From NCBI GenBank assembly GCA_001179505.1, contig CDMY01000223.1, positions 62,001 through 126,000 on the forward strand: DNA of 64,000 nt, written 5' to 3'. The notes beneath the pieces were generated by a model. That model saw only the letters and a list, made by a program, of their open reading frames with translations, had not been told where the DNA came from and searched no databases. The translations under genes and the position numbers were made by a program. This document shows, piece by piece, positions 20,601 through 38,396 of the stretch; positions within the stretch are counted from its first letter, which is position 1, and each line of letters opens with the position of its first letter. The stretch is from Vitrella brassicaformis CCMP3155. Taxonomy: Eukaryota > Protista > Chromerida.

Positions 20601-22596
20601 TCAGTTTGCAGAGTCGTCGGGTCCTCCTTTCAGCTGCCCGTCTCTGCGAGCCCTGCCATAGCGATCGGCCTCGCGCATCGCCTGTGGGCCCATGCAACAA
20701 GACCACACACCACACACCACACACAAAGATGGGAGCCCGTCCATCTGCCCGTCATTCTGTCAGTCTGTCTGTCTGTCTGTCTGTCCCCACACACACATCC
20801 ACACAAACGCACCTTGACGATAGCGTCTGCGTCGATGTGGGTGTGTGGCTCGTTGAGCATGGGCGAGGAGGGCTCCAGGCACCGACTGGCCACCACCAAC
20901 AACTCCTCCTCAGTCACCTCACCCAGGCCAATATCACCTGAATGTGTGCAGCACGGTGAAGGAGAGAGAGGGAGCGACAGACAGCCTTGAAGGCATATCG
21001 TGCCTGCCATCGGTGCGCTTGTGTGTGTGCTCACCGAGCACAGTAGGCAGTCCCACAGCCTCACAGAAGGAGTAGATCTCCTCGACGGTCTTCTTGTCCT
21101 TGTGTGTGAGGAACAGCGAAGCCAGCAGGCCGATGGTGACCTTCTCACCGTGCACATACGAGTGCGCCTCCGGCAGCAGTGTCAGTCCGTCGTGGATGGC
21201 GTGGGCCGCCGCGCAGCCGCAGCATTCGAAGCCCAAGCCACTCAGCAGGGTATTGGCCTCGATGATCCGCTCCAAGGCGTAGTTGACACTCTGCGACTCC
21301 ACCGCACTCTTGGCCTCACTGAATGAATGAAGCACGCACACACCACCCCTCAGCCATCAACACAAACAAACGTATGTATGTGTGTGCGTTGGTGCAGGGT
21401 GTGGTGGGGTGTTGGACAGACACTTACATGCCATACTCGAGGACGGTCTCATAGCAGAGGCGGGCGAGTGAATACGCGGCCCAGCTGCCCGGCCGGCCCG
21501 AGTTGGTAGCGTTGGGCGCCTGCTTCGCCCGGCAGCTCTCCGCCTCAAACCACCTACACACATCAATGACACATGGATGGATGGATGGATGCCTTCCTGC
21601 CTCCACCACTGGGGTGTGTGTGTGGTGCGTACGTTGCGAGTGCATCGCCCATGCCGGCGACGATCATGCGCACGGGTGACCTCGACACGACTCTGCTGTC
21701 CACGACCACCACATCTGCCAGACAGCCGGCAAACAGGCGGCCACTCATTTGGTGGTTTTGTGTGTCTGTTGTGTCCACATGGCAGACAGACATACCGGGG
21801 CTCTTCCGATGGAACTGCACGCGCTTGAATGTGCCGTCGTTTGTGTAGACGACGGAGAGCCCGCTGCAGGGGGCGTCCGTGCTGGCCATCGTCGGGCACT
21901 GACCAAGGAAGGGACCAAGGAATCAACTCCCACGCACCAATGGATGCTCTTGTGTCTATGTTATGTGTGGCGCACTCACGATAATGCACGGCAGGCCCAT
22001 CTTGTCAGCCACACACTTGACCGTATCCTGACCACACACACACAGACACAGACAAAGACACAGATCGAGGACTGACAAACCATCACAAATCCGTCGGTTT
22101 GCATGAGAGCACGTCAAGCTTACACATACCAGGGCTTTGCCGCCTCCCATGGCCAAGAGGACGTCGGGTTGAAACTCCCTGGCCAGGCCCATCACCCGAG
22201 CAATCTCATCATCGCTGCACTCGCCCCGATGCGCAACGGCATCAAACTCATCCAGGCTGCTCGTCAGAGGTCCCTCTATCGACGGCAGAATCGCCTTGTA
22301 TGAGTATGGGCACAGAAGCGCCTGCAGGCAAGAAGGGAGTGCCGTTGCGTGATGGGCATTTGTGAAATTCAATGTACATAGAAGAACGAAGGGCTGCCTT
22401 TGTTTCTCCTCACCATGGATCTTGGCCCGAACCGCTTGATCTCCTCAGGAAGGGTCGTGGTGAAGGCCTGCATTCATGCGCAATGCACACACATACACAC
22501 ATACACACATACATCTGTCCCTTCAAGATTGTTCTTGCCTACATCAGGCCCCTGGATGTATCGGCCTGGAAAGATATTGGTTATGATCTGGGCCAT
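20601..22596 (-). CDS. gldA: Bacterial-type NAD-dependent glycerol dehydrogenase (GldA), about 10 exons
   Basis: MAQIITNIFPGRYIQGP, GECSDDEI, MGGGKAL|DTVK, PTMASTDAPCSGLSVVYT, VAGMGDALAT|WFEAESC, EANTLLSGLGFE...AAAHAIHDGLT, HGEKVTIG, |AMREADRYGR. Metal ligands D, H and H are present. Confidence 0.95.
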
Positions 22597-22735
22597 CGTA
22601 ATCCCTTCGCCAAGCTTGCCTGCGCCACTCGCCAGTCAGCGATAGGGTCAGATCTTCCGTGAAACTTCCACAGGGAGGTCTGCGAGCAAGCTTCGAGAAG
22701 GGGAGGGCAGCAGCGACCTACGCACAACAGCCGGG

Positions 22736-23796
22736 ATGGATTTCGGTGATGATTCCCCGAAGCTGGCACTCATCACTGGAGCCTCCTCCGGTATCGGCAC
22801 GGCAGTGGCGCTGAAGCTGGCTGAGGAAGGGCATCATCTCTATCTCATCGGACGCTCCGTCGACTCACTGCACAATGTCGAGGAGGTTCGCGTTGATTGA
22901 TCCATGATCTCGAGCAGGATCCACCATTTGACTGCTGCGTATGTGTGTGTGTGTGTGCAGGACTGCCGCAACACGTACATGGAGTTCCAGCACGACAAGA
23001 GTTTGGTGCAGCACGGCATTGGTGATGTTGGCGACGAGCGGGACTGCGAGAGGCTGGTGGATGCGTGTGTGAGTCACTTCAAGGGGAGGGCCCCTGACGT
23101 GGCCGTACTCAACGCCGGCGTCGGCCGACCGGGCGCAGTCGACGAGACGACCGTCGAGGACTTTGACCTCATTATGAAGACCAACGTCAAAGGTGAGTGA
23201 AATCATTCACAGAAATACCGCGACACACACACGTGACCAATAGATGGCCTTATAATTGGCAGGTGTGTTCCTGTTCATGCGCAAGCTGCTGCCTCTGATG
23301 AAGGCGCGCGGCTCTGGGCAGATCGTCGTGACGTCGAGTGTGCTCGGCCTGCGCACGTGCGAGAAGGCCGCCGTCTACTGCGCATCCAAATATGCCGTTG
23401 AAGGGCTTGTCGACGCCACGAGGAAGGACTTCGCCGGCACCGGAGTCAAGCTGGGCGTCTGCAACCCTGGTAGCTTGGCTTGACTTACACATTTGTGTAT
23501 GCTCTTACAGAAGTCTCGTGTGCGTGTGTGTGTGTGTCATTGAGTCAGCTGCGGTCGCGACGCCATGGTGGGAGAGCAAGCAGAGAGGGGGCTGGGAGAA
23601 GGGGGAGGCCGACACCAGCAATTTCTTGACCGCCGACGATGTGGCGGAGGGCATCATGTCGATCATCAAGCAGTCGCCCATGTGTGACATAGGCCGCGTG
23701 GTGATGGAGAATGTCACCGTCAAGAAGAGGCGGAGAGTCGATGAGGAGGGGGAGGGCAAGCAGCTGGCAGGGACGGGCGACATGCATATGACCTGA
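22736..23796 (+). CDS. Classical short-chain dehydrogenase/reductase (SDR), 4 exons
   Basis: [10 protein letters not shown] (TGxxxGxG), VLNAGVG, MKTNVK|G, VTSSVLG, YCASK (YxxxK), NP|AAVATPWW. Confidence 0.92.
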
Positions 23797-24382
23797 ACTG
23801 ACCTGGTGGGGGTCTTTTTTGCGACGCATGACATGAGAGGTTGTTGGCCGTTCCGTGAGTGAGAGATCAGTTTCTTGTATGTATTTGTATGTATCGGGTT
23901 GAGTGTGCGAGAGGTGGCTGGATGAGAGACAGTGCTGTTTGTAGGCGTGATGAGTGGCCCGAGAGTGAAAGCACGCAGGCGTTAGGGACACATGAGACCT
24001 CAGTACATGTGTCCCAGCAGGCAGGCAGGCAGGCAGGCAGGCAAACGATGCATGCAGTCCCTCTTCACTTATCCAATGCTCCTTCCCCTCTTCGGGACCT
24101 TTTTGCGTACGCACAGGCAGATGACAACCATTCCCAGCGCTCTCTCGCCCACCCCACGCCATTCAGCCGCACTTCGTCAATCACGTCAGCAGGGCATCAC
24201 ACACCAGCACACGACAAGCACATGCACACCAGCGAGGCGGCAAGACAGGAGCAGGTGAGCAACAAACAAATCAGCCACACATGACACGATTCTCTCCCCT
24301 TCGAAGCAGCAACAAACTCACGGGGGGGAGGGGGGCGTAGAGCAGGCAAAAATCGTGGTTGTGTCCGTGCCTGTCTCAATTG

Positions 24383-27300
24383 TCACTGGATGGTGCACGC
24401 CTTGCTACCCTTGCCCCCCGCGTTTGCGTCCTGTTTGGCCTTGCCCTTGGCGGCGGGTTTTGGTGCGGCAGCGGGCTTCTTGGTCGGAATGGCCGGCTCG
24501 GAAGGAGACTGGCTCGGGACAGGTGAAGGCGACACCTGGGGCACGGCGGGAGTGCTGGGGTCACTCGCCGACACCACAGGAGCCGCTGGCATACATCCAT
24601 GTGGACACACGTCATAACCAAGCAAGCAGTGATGTCGTGTCTTGCGATGGTGTCGCTTCTCCCTTCACCTGGCGGAACGAGTTGTTCTGCGGCGGCCGTC
24701 GGTTTGGCCGGCACAGATGGCGATGTGGGAATGGACGCAGGCGCGGGCGCAGGGGCCGGCTTGGGCTTTGCCTTTGCGGCCGGGGGCTTGGCCATGCGGT
24801 TGCCGAAATCGGCCAAATAGTCGGCGTCGACCTCCTCAGGTTTCTCCTCGATCATTGGCGTCATGGCCCCGGCGTTCCTTGGTGTGCGGGCGGCGGGTGT
24901 GTGCTGCATCGAGGCCTGCCTCGACGCCTGCCTCGACGCCTGGCGAGACCCTTGTGCGGACGGCGCCTGGGACCTCATCGCACCAGCTATCTCGGCACCC
25001 TTGTCCTGAGACACAAACAATAGGGCAGAGACACACACTGCGCTGGGTGCCGCTGTGCTCACTCACCACTCCATAGACCTCAAAGCTGAGTGCGTCATTG
25101 TTCAGGTAGTCGAGGAACTTCTCTGTCACCGGATCCTGCAACAGAACATAGGCGGTACCGATGTATATGTCTCCCGATGTGAGGAGTGTTTACCTGTGTG
25201 ATGACCTCCGAGTAGTTGAACGCGGGCGATCTGTTGTGCCCCTCCACCGCGGGCACCTTCCGTGGTTCATCGTCCAGGAAGTAGGTGTACTGGACCCTGA
25301 CGTCATTGGCCAGCGCCTCGGGCAGTTTCTCCGCCTTGTGAATCTGACAAGACAGTGATGCTACTTACTTGATGTCCGTCTACATATCCCTTCGTGAGTT
25401 ACCTTGACGAGCAGATCCATTCGTGTGCCGATGAGGTCGGTGGGGTTCTCAACAAGGTCCTCGTCGGCTATCGGACCTCCGTCCTGTATGCGAAACCACC
25501 AGACACATACAGACAGCCTTGTCCTTGTGCATTCGCTCTCGACTGACCGGGCTGACGGGTTCGATGGCGACATGGAGAATGCCGCACTGCTTGCCCTCGC
25601 TGCTGAGTAGCTTGGCCTGTGCATCGGCATCGATCTGGTATGAGAGTGGCTTGAGGAACAGCTCCGCCTTGCCAATCAGGCGGTCGGACTGCACGGGATC
25701 CCAAAAGGGGTCTTCCTCATCGGGAATCGACGTCAGGAACTCAAACTTGTCGTCTGCATTGCATGCAGGAATGAGTTGACGCACCATCCATTCCCTCACT
25801 CACAATAGAGGAGGTCCACTCACTCACTCACTCACTGTCTGGCTGACCTGCATCGGCCCAGTTCTCGAACATTTCTCGCATGAGGAAAATCCTATTCTCT
25901 AGGATGCTGCTGTGCCAGTCGTAGACGTGGTTGCCCTGCATGTCATGTAGAGAGAGACACAACAGCTGAATGTTGTTAGCTTTGCATTCATTCACCACGT
26001 CTCCCCCCTCACCTCGAGTGAGACCGATACGAGCAGTTCGGTCTTCTTTCTTCTCTTGTGTGTGATATGCACCTGCAGCTTGGTGCTCAGGTGGTACGGC
26101 TTGCCCATCTCCTGAGCTATCATGTTCGCCTCCTGCACGTCACGTGAGAGGGAGTGGTGTTGGTGTCAAGAGCACATCACGTACAGAAAGAAACACACGT
26201 GCGGAGATTTGTGTGTCAGTCAGGCGTGTAGGTGTCAGTCACCTTGACGAGTGGGAGAATTCGTGCGAGTTTCTCGTCGAGTGCGCTTTGCTCCACTTGC
26301 TGCTCGTGCTCAACGCGCTTCTGTTCCTGCACCTCCTTCTCTTTCTTCTCTGCCTCCTGACGAGCCCTCTCAGCCTGACAGACAGACAAACATACATACA
26401 TGCGATCGCTCGACCATCCACCCACCCACCTACCTCCTTGGCAATTAGTTCCTGTTGCTTCTTGAACTCCTCCTCTGCCTTGCGCTTCTCCTCCTGGTTC
26501 AACCGCTCCTCCATCTCCTGCACACGTGAGACACACACATACATACATACATACACACCGGTCGATCTTGTGTGGCAACGACGTGCAGCGGCTGACCTTC
26601 ATTTTCTTCTGGAACTCTTCCTCCTTTGCCCTGAGTGCCGCCTGCGCCTCCTCCTCTGCCTTGCGCTTGAGCTCCTCGACCTCCTTCATCTTGGCCTCGT
26701 ACTCCTCGTGACGCTTCTTCTCGGCCGCCAGCTCCTCGGGGGACTTGAGGATGCTCTTCAGGTCACCCTGCTTCTCCGCAACTTCCTTCATGATGCTCTC
26801 GAAGTCATGCGCCTGTGGTGGCACATGCAAACAGGTAAAGGTAGATGTACTGTGTCTTTGTGTGCTGACCTGTATCAGGTCGCCTTGCGAGCCGATGGAT
26901 GGGATGACCACCAGGAACGCATACTGGGAACCAAATACGACACGGTCGCCATGTTGCAGAGTCACCTCACGGTTCCTGTGAGGTACCAAGAGGAAGGATC
27001 GGAAAGGTCGAGAGGTAGAGAGGTGTATGTGTGTGTGTCATGTGTGTGTCATGTGTGTGTCATGTGTGTACTGCATGGTTTTGTCTCCGTTGATGAAGGT
27101 GTAGTCCGCCCCCTCCATGCCCTTGATGACTATGATGTTGGCAGCACGATTCGCGATCACAGCGTGGCGACTGGCGCGCACACACACACACGTGCACATG
27201 ACGACAAGCAACATGTGCGTGCCTCCTGTGTGGCGTCTGTCTTTTGTCACGAGTGAATGCCGATGCCGGAGAGTGGCAGGTCAGGTGTGAAGTCGCTGCT

Positions 27301-29854
27301 CTTCTTGCCGATCCAAATCTCGGCGTTTTCTGTGAGGGCGTAGTTGAGTTTGCCCGTCAGCACCTCATCCTCGTTGATGTTGGTCAGGTGGGGAATCTTC
27401 TTCCAGTCAGGTCCCTGCCAGGCAGCCGAGAGACACACATCCCACGTCTCACTCCCTTCGTGAGGCGTGTCTGAATGGACGACCTTTGCTTTTTCGGCGG
27501 CCTGCTTCGCTGCCGCCTCCTCTGCTTCCTTCAGGCGCTGCTCCCACCCCTTCTGCATCCCCTCCTGCGAGACACACACACACACACAAACACACACACA
27601 TGACAGACGACCGGGGTACGGTTAATGATCGACACTTGCACACATACATACCAGTGCCTTCTCCATTGCGGCGATCTCCTTCTTGTGATCCTCCTCGATT
27701 CGCATCCGCTCCGCCTCACTCACAGCACTGCCGCCGGCGCCGTTCGGACCTCCCCCTGTCGCCACTCCCTTGCCTGCACACACAGACACATCAGCCAACA
27801 CGAGGTGAATGCACCGCTGTGCTCTGTGTATGTACCTTCCAGCAGCGCCTTGAGTCGCTCGTTCTCCTCCTTGAGCTGATTCAGCAACTTCTCCTGCACT
27901 CACATATGCATGGATCACATTTTCAGGCGAGATGTTTCCCTTTCCATCTCACCGTGGGGTCTTCGTTGATCTCGGCGTGATTCTTGATCTTCTTGGCGCG
28001 ATCTGAAACAAGCATCAGGTGGAGACAGTCATGCAGGTCACAGTCAAATCACGCTCGCGTGTGTTGTCCTCAGTGCTTGCCGGCGTATCGCAGTGTCGAC
28101 AGTGTCTCTTCGTAGTTGGACGAAGCGGGCGACAGGGCGCATATCATGATGGTCTTCGATGAGCCTCCAAGGGCATTCTGAAGCACTCAGCAGAGGAGTG
28201 ACGCGCGTGTGAGTGTGATGACTGGATTTCTCCCACCTGCAGCAGCCGGGTGAGCTTTGAGTCTCGGTAGGGGATGACCTGGCCCTTCTTCAACTTCCCT
28301 GAGCGTCCACAGGAAAATGTTTGCCTGTACGTCTGTCGCCGGTCCACGCACCTGAGGCCTTGTCTGCAAGTGCCGATATGACATTTCCCAATGCAGACAG
28401 CGACTTGTTGATGGCACAGCCCTCCTTCAAACGATCGCCACTAGCACCTGGAGGCCGTCCGTCGACAGAGTGTGTAATCCCTTTTCTGTATGTTCACGGG
28501 AATGTGTGCACACCTGTTTGCTCGGCCTTCTCGGAGCCGGCGAGATCGACCAGATTGATGACTGAGAGTTTGCGGCCCTCCTTGCCCATATACGTCGTCA
28601 CCTACCACACACATCGCACGCAGACAGGTGTATTGTCATGTCTCACATACAGATCGTCCATCCATACTTGTGTGAATTCGATGATGAGCACCGTGTGTGC
28701 ACGGGAGCTCGTCCTATCACAGAAGGCAAGCCGACCGACAGGCACACGTAAGCGCAGACAATCAATGGCATCTTTCCATTAGTGTGTGGAGACCGACGCG
28801 TTCATGAGGGTGGAGCCGATGGTGCGGTTCGCCGTCCCCTCGTCGACAACGTCTTCGATAGCCTCGTAGCTGTTGACAGCCCGCTTGGTCAGGTCCTGCA
28901 CATAGATGCCCAGCTGCTTCGACTCGCGAACCTCCAGACCACCCTGACAGAGCACAACAGCACACAGCACCACATGGCAGAGACAGGGACCTGGTGGGTT
29001 CTCATTGATCCCACCTTTGTTCGCTGGCTGGGGTGGATGAGGAGATCCTGAATCTTCTCATTGTAGATCTCCAGCATACCGATCTGCACACTCACGGGTT
29101 GGTTGAGCGAGCGGCTCTTGTTAGTCAAGCTCATTCAGCTGTTGCTTACCGTCACTTCGAAGTGTTTCGCTGGATCTTGGTTCTCCCCGATGCGGCGGAA
29201 GATGTCCTCACACGTGATGGGTACGATGCCCTTGTTGGGGCCGAAGCCCACCATAGAGTACGACTTGCCCGCGCCCGTCTGCCCATACGCGAACAGGCAG
29301 CAGTGATACCCTGTCCACGCGTTGTTCTGAGGAAGAAGCAGAAACAGACAGGACAGACAGACAGGACAGACAGACAGACAGACCAGCTGTCTTGATCTTG
29401 CTGCATGGATGCCCAAAGCTTGCTGGCTGTCTGGCCGACTGACCAGCACTTCCACGCCCAGGCAGTCGAAGACTTTCTTCTGGTCGACATAAAGGCTGTT
29501 CCCATCCTCAGGGATCAACAGCCCCTCGCCGTTCACGGAGAACCTGCAGACATGACAGTCTGCACCGTATGCGAAGGCACGTGAGTGTGCAGCTCCGCTA
29601 CTTACCCATCATGCGACCAGAATGAGTAGTCGAATGTGAATTTCTTCTCTCCCGACCCACCCTCGACATCATCAATTGTCGTCGTTGGTCCAGCCTACCC
29701 AACACAACACATCCACGGTGGGGCAGGCAAGCCAGCTCCAGTGAGCGACCGTCTCTCCGTATACCATGGCTATGCAGCAGACGGCATCGAGGCCCCGTTC
29801 TCTCTGGTTGAAGGGCCGCACCCTCACGGCCACCTTGACTGCCGAGTCACTCAT
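24383..29854 (-). CDS. Kinesin-3 family motor (motor + FHA + coiled coil + tail) ending in a CaaX motif, over 20 exons
   Basis: [83 protein letters not shown]-type PHLTNINED...GIGIH. Pro/Ala-rich tail ending [10 protein letters not shown] (TGA 24383-24385). Confidence 0.93.
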
Positions 29855-30327
29855 GATTCTATGTCGTCAACCAAGACAAATCGCTGAAGCAACGGGCCAA
29901 CCTGGACACACACGGGATTGGTGCATCAACCATGGACGCGGGACAAGAGAACACGCGGTAGAGATGGACGAGTGGGCCTCTGCGCACCTTTGGGGCAGCG
30001 GATAGGAGAGGCGAACACAGAGTGCAGCAGGGAGCGGACACTACCCCCCCCCTGGACGCAAAGGGTACAAACAACCGTGCTTCACTTGAAGGGCAGAAGG
30101 AAGAGAAGAGCTGGGGCAGGACCGGTCGTGGACTGGATCCTGTCGTCCTTTTCGGAGGGGGAGTGGAAACCGCCTCTTTCGATTCTCGAAGGAGTCCGAA
30201 CGGGTGGGCGTGCCCCCGAAAGTCGAGAAAAACGTTTGCCCCCGAAACCCTGTAACCCGACTACAGTGTACGACAAACGACGAGGCGAACGGCCGCTCAT
30301 AACACCGACACGGACGTCACGGGGACG

Positions 30328-32016
30328 ATGTCAGGCACCATGAGGATGGCGATGCTGCTGTTGGTGTGCCTGAGTGCGCATGTGGCTGTTTCGTCCGCTC
30401 AGTCTAAGCCGCAGCTGGCTCTCGATGAGACCTCCAACACGCCCATCCTGGACTTCCTCCAGAAAACTGCAACGCAGTTCAGGGAGATGGACCCCGATGA
30501 GGTGAGCGAAGCGAAACGGGAGCAATGGGCATCTTCCTAGATCCCTTTATTTTGTGTGTGTTGCCTATGTGTCGCTTGCAGGCGAGTGCTCGTGTGGCCA
30601 ATTTCGTCAAAAACGCGACGACCAACGCGCAGGAGTACCTCGCTAATCTGGACGAAGACGAGGCGAAGGAGACCGCCAAGAACCTCTTCAAAGAAGCCAC
30701 GCAGTCGGCAAGTGAGTTGGGCTGGCGGGCCAACGAATTAGACATACACACTGACTCCACTCACTGTCCTCAATGCAGGCAACTGGGTGACGAATTTCGA
30801 CAGCGAGGCTGCGATGGAGAAGCTCGGTTCGACCATTGACAGGGTCGTACCGGCCTCCAAGGACTTCTTGGACAATGTGGATGTCGACGAGGCCAAGGTC
30901 GCCGTCACCAAGTGGGCCAAGAGCGCCCGGGATCGCTCACGTGACATCCTCGACAATGTCGACATCGAGAAGGTCCAGGAGACCGTGGGCTCGCTCGTCG
31001 GAGGCGCCACGGAACAGAGCAAGGAGCTGCTGGTACGTACGCACCTACACACGGATGGGATCAAACCCACGAGGCGAAAAGGCTTGGTTTGTGTGCAGAA
31101 GGAGCTCAATCCGAATGAGACTCAGGCGACGCTCGAGGCGATAGTGGAGAAGGCCGTGCACACGGGGCAGCAGATCGATGAAGGCGTCATCTCTCAGATC
31201 GTCGGCATCGGCAAAATCGACTTCGGACGTACGGCAGATGACACACACACACACAAACACACACACGCCAAGACGGCAGCAGACTGCTGACTATGTTTTT
31301 TGTGTGTGTGTGTCCCAATGTATGTATTGCAGCCGTCCAGACGGAGATGCTGTCCAGCATGCTCAATGGCGTTGTCGCCAAGGGCCGCGATGTGATCGAG
31401 AACGCCACCCCCGAGGAGGCCGAGGCGGCCGCATCGGACCTCGCCAAACGTACACACACCCTCGCCTCGCCTCGCCCAGAGACACGCGCATATGTGCCGT
31501 TGCGCCTTTCTCCCTCGCTGCTTTCAGGTGCTGTTGAAGAGGGTCGGACTTTTCTGAGTGGCGCGACCGACGCGCAGGTGACCAAGACGGTGTCCAGCGT
31601 GGTGGACCGTGTGGTGGAGGGCGGCCGGTCCTGGCTCGCCGAGCTCGACACCGACAAACTTAAGAAGAACACCAACGAGTGGATGAACAGCGCCGTCGAC
31701 AAGGGCAAGCAGTGGCTCGAAAAAATGGACGTCGAAGAAACATCCGGTCAGCCGAGACAAGACAGCCGAGCAGCCGTCATATCAAGAGTGCTGTCATGGT
31801 GTGTGTGTGTGTATGTGTGTGTGTGTTGCAGAGAAGGTGGGCGACCTGGCGGTCAATGTTGCCAAGAGGGGTCAGGATTGGATCCAGAAGCTCGACCCTG
31901 ACAAGGCCTCCAAGACGGCGTCGCGGGTGGTGGGGCAGCTCAGCAACTTCTTCTCACGCATCAACGGCAGCCCAGCCAGCCCTGCCACATCCACTGCTAC
32001 TGACACCGGGGCGTAG
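30328..32016 (+). CDS. Secreted protein built of 27-residue amphipathic helical repeats
   Basis: Signal peptide MRMAMLLLVCLSAHVAVSSA. Ten complete 27-aa units are recovered across GT-AG splice junctions (see findings). Confidence 0.85.
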
Positions 32017-32274
32017 ATAGCTAGCTACTACGCGGCCCTCTGGCCCATTCATTCTTTTCCCTCAACACGTTTCTTGTGCATTTTGCTGAATAAGGCTCCT
32101 ACAGTAGTTGTGTACACAGATATCTGAGACGGGAGGCAGGCCTGTGGACGTATCCCCGCGCTACGTACCACCCCAATAGGGTGGAGCAAGGGGACCCCAC
32201 TCAGCTGGCGTGCTCCATCGACTTTGTTGGAATATGTGTGTATGTGTACATCCACTGACTAATGAAGGTGGGGG

Positions 32275-32574
32275 NNNNNNNNNNNNNNNNNNNNNNNNNN
32301 NNNNNNNNNNNNNNNNNNNNNNNNNNNNNNNNNNNNNNNNNNNNNNNNNNNNNNNNNNNNNNNNNNNNNNNNNNNNNNNNNNNNNNNNNNNNNNNNNNNN
32401 NNNNNNNNNNNNNNNNNNNNNNNNNNNNNNNNNNNNNNNNNNNNNNNNNNNNNNNNNNNNNNNNNNNNNNNNNNNNNNNNNNNNNNNNNNNNNNNNNNNN
32501 NNNNNNNNNNNNNNNNNNNNNNNNNNNNNNNNNNNNNNNNNNNNNNNNNNNNNNNNNNNNNNNNNNNNNNNNNN
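32275..32574. other. Assembly gap (300 N) flanked by G-rich sequence
   Basis: Run of N between convergent genes. Confidence 1.
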
Positions 32575-32732
32575 GGGAGGGGAGGAGGGGGCCGCGGAGG
32601 GGAGGGGAGGAGGGGGACTCGGACTGGTCATTTGTAGATGTTTGTTTAGTAGCCTATTTGCACACCGAACCACCTGACGGCGTATGTATGCGTGAAAACA
32701 TCCGACACACAAAGGTCCCCCCCACTCTTTGT

Positions 32733-37550
<4,818 letters not shown>

Positions 37551-37701
37551 GGGGAGAAAAGGATTTCGGGGGAGGAAGGAGCCCGCAGACGCCCCCTGCA
37601 TGCATTTGAGCTTGCGGATCGCAATTTGCACTAATTTGCACGAATTCAGTGGCTGGGGACAAGCGCAGAACATTGCCAGCATGGCTAGCTTAGTATATCT
37701 A

Positions 37702-38360
37702 TCAACATGAGGTCCGTGCCTCAGTCACCGCCTCCCCGCCAAAAGCCACGACATCATCCAGGCCGTCTTCCTTTCCCACATCAAACACCCACCCCTCACT
37801 CTGCACCCTCACCCATGCATGGCGCAGCTCCTCCCTGCCTCCCACACCCGCATGACCGCGACCGTCAGCCACGTACATGACCAAAGGGTCCAGCTGCAGT
37901 TGCTCGTCTGTACTGTGACGCGGCACACGCAGGTACCTCTCGATGACAGCAAATGCCTTCTCCTTGTGCGGATAATGGCGCAGAAGGATTCCGATCTTGT
38001 GCACAGTGGGAATGACAGCCGAGCTGGTGGCGGACTGCAGGAGGCCCGCCAGCTCGAGCGATGTCAGGATGTGGCCGATGCGATAGAGGGACAGCAGCTT
38101 CATCGCTACCTCCACGGGCACGCACTCACTGTCCCCATTCACAGCCTCTGCTGAGAGCTGCCGATAGGCTGCCATCTCTCCAGCAGCAGCCCGAATGAGG
38201 AAGCGGGCAAAACCGGGCAGATCGACGCTGTTGTTCTCCTTGAGCTGAGCCTGGCAGATGGATGAGGGTGGCGGGTGGCCGTGGCGCGTTGCGATGGCTT
38301 TCAGATCCAACACCAAAACCCGCAGCATGTCACGAATATTCAGAGCGTTGATCTGACACA

Positions 38361-38396
<36 letters not shown>

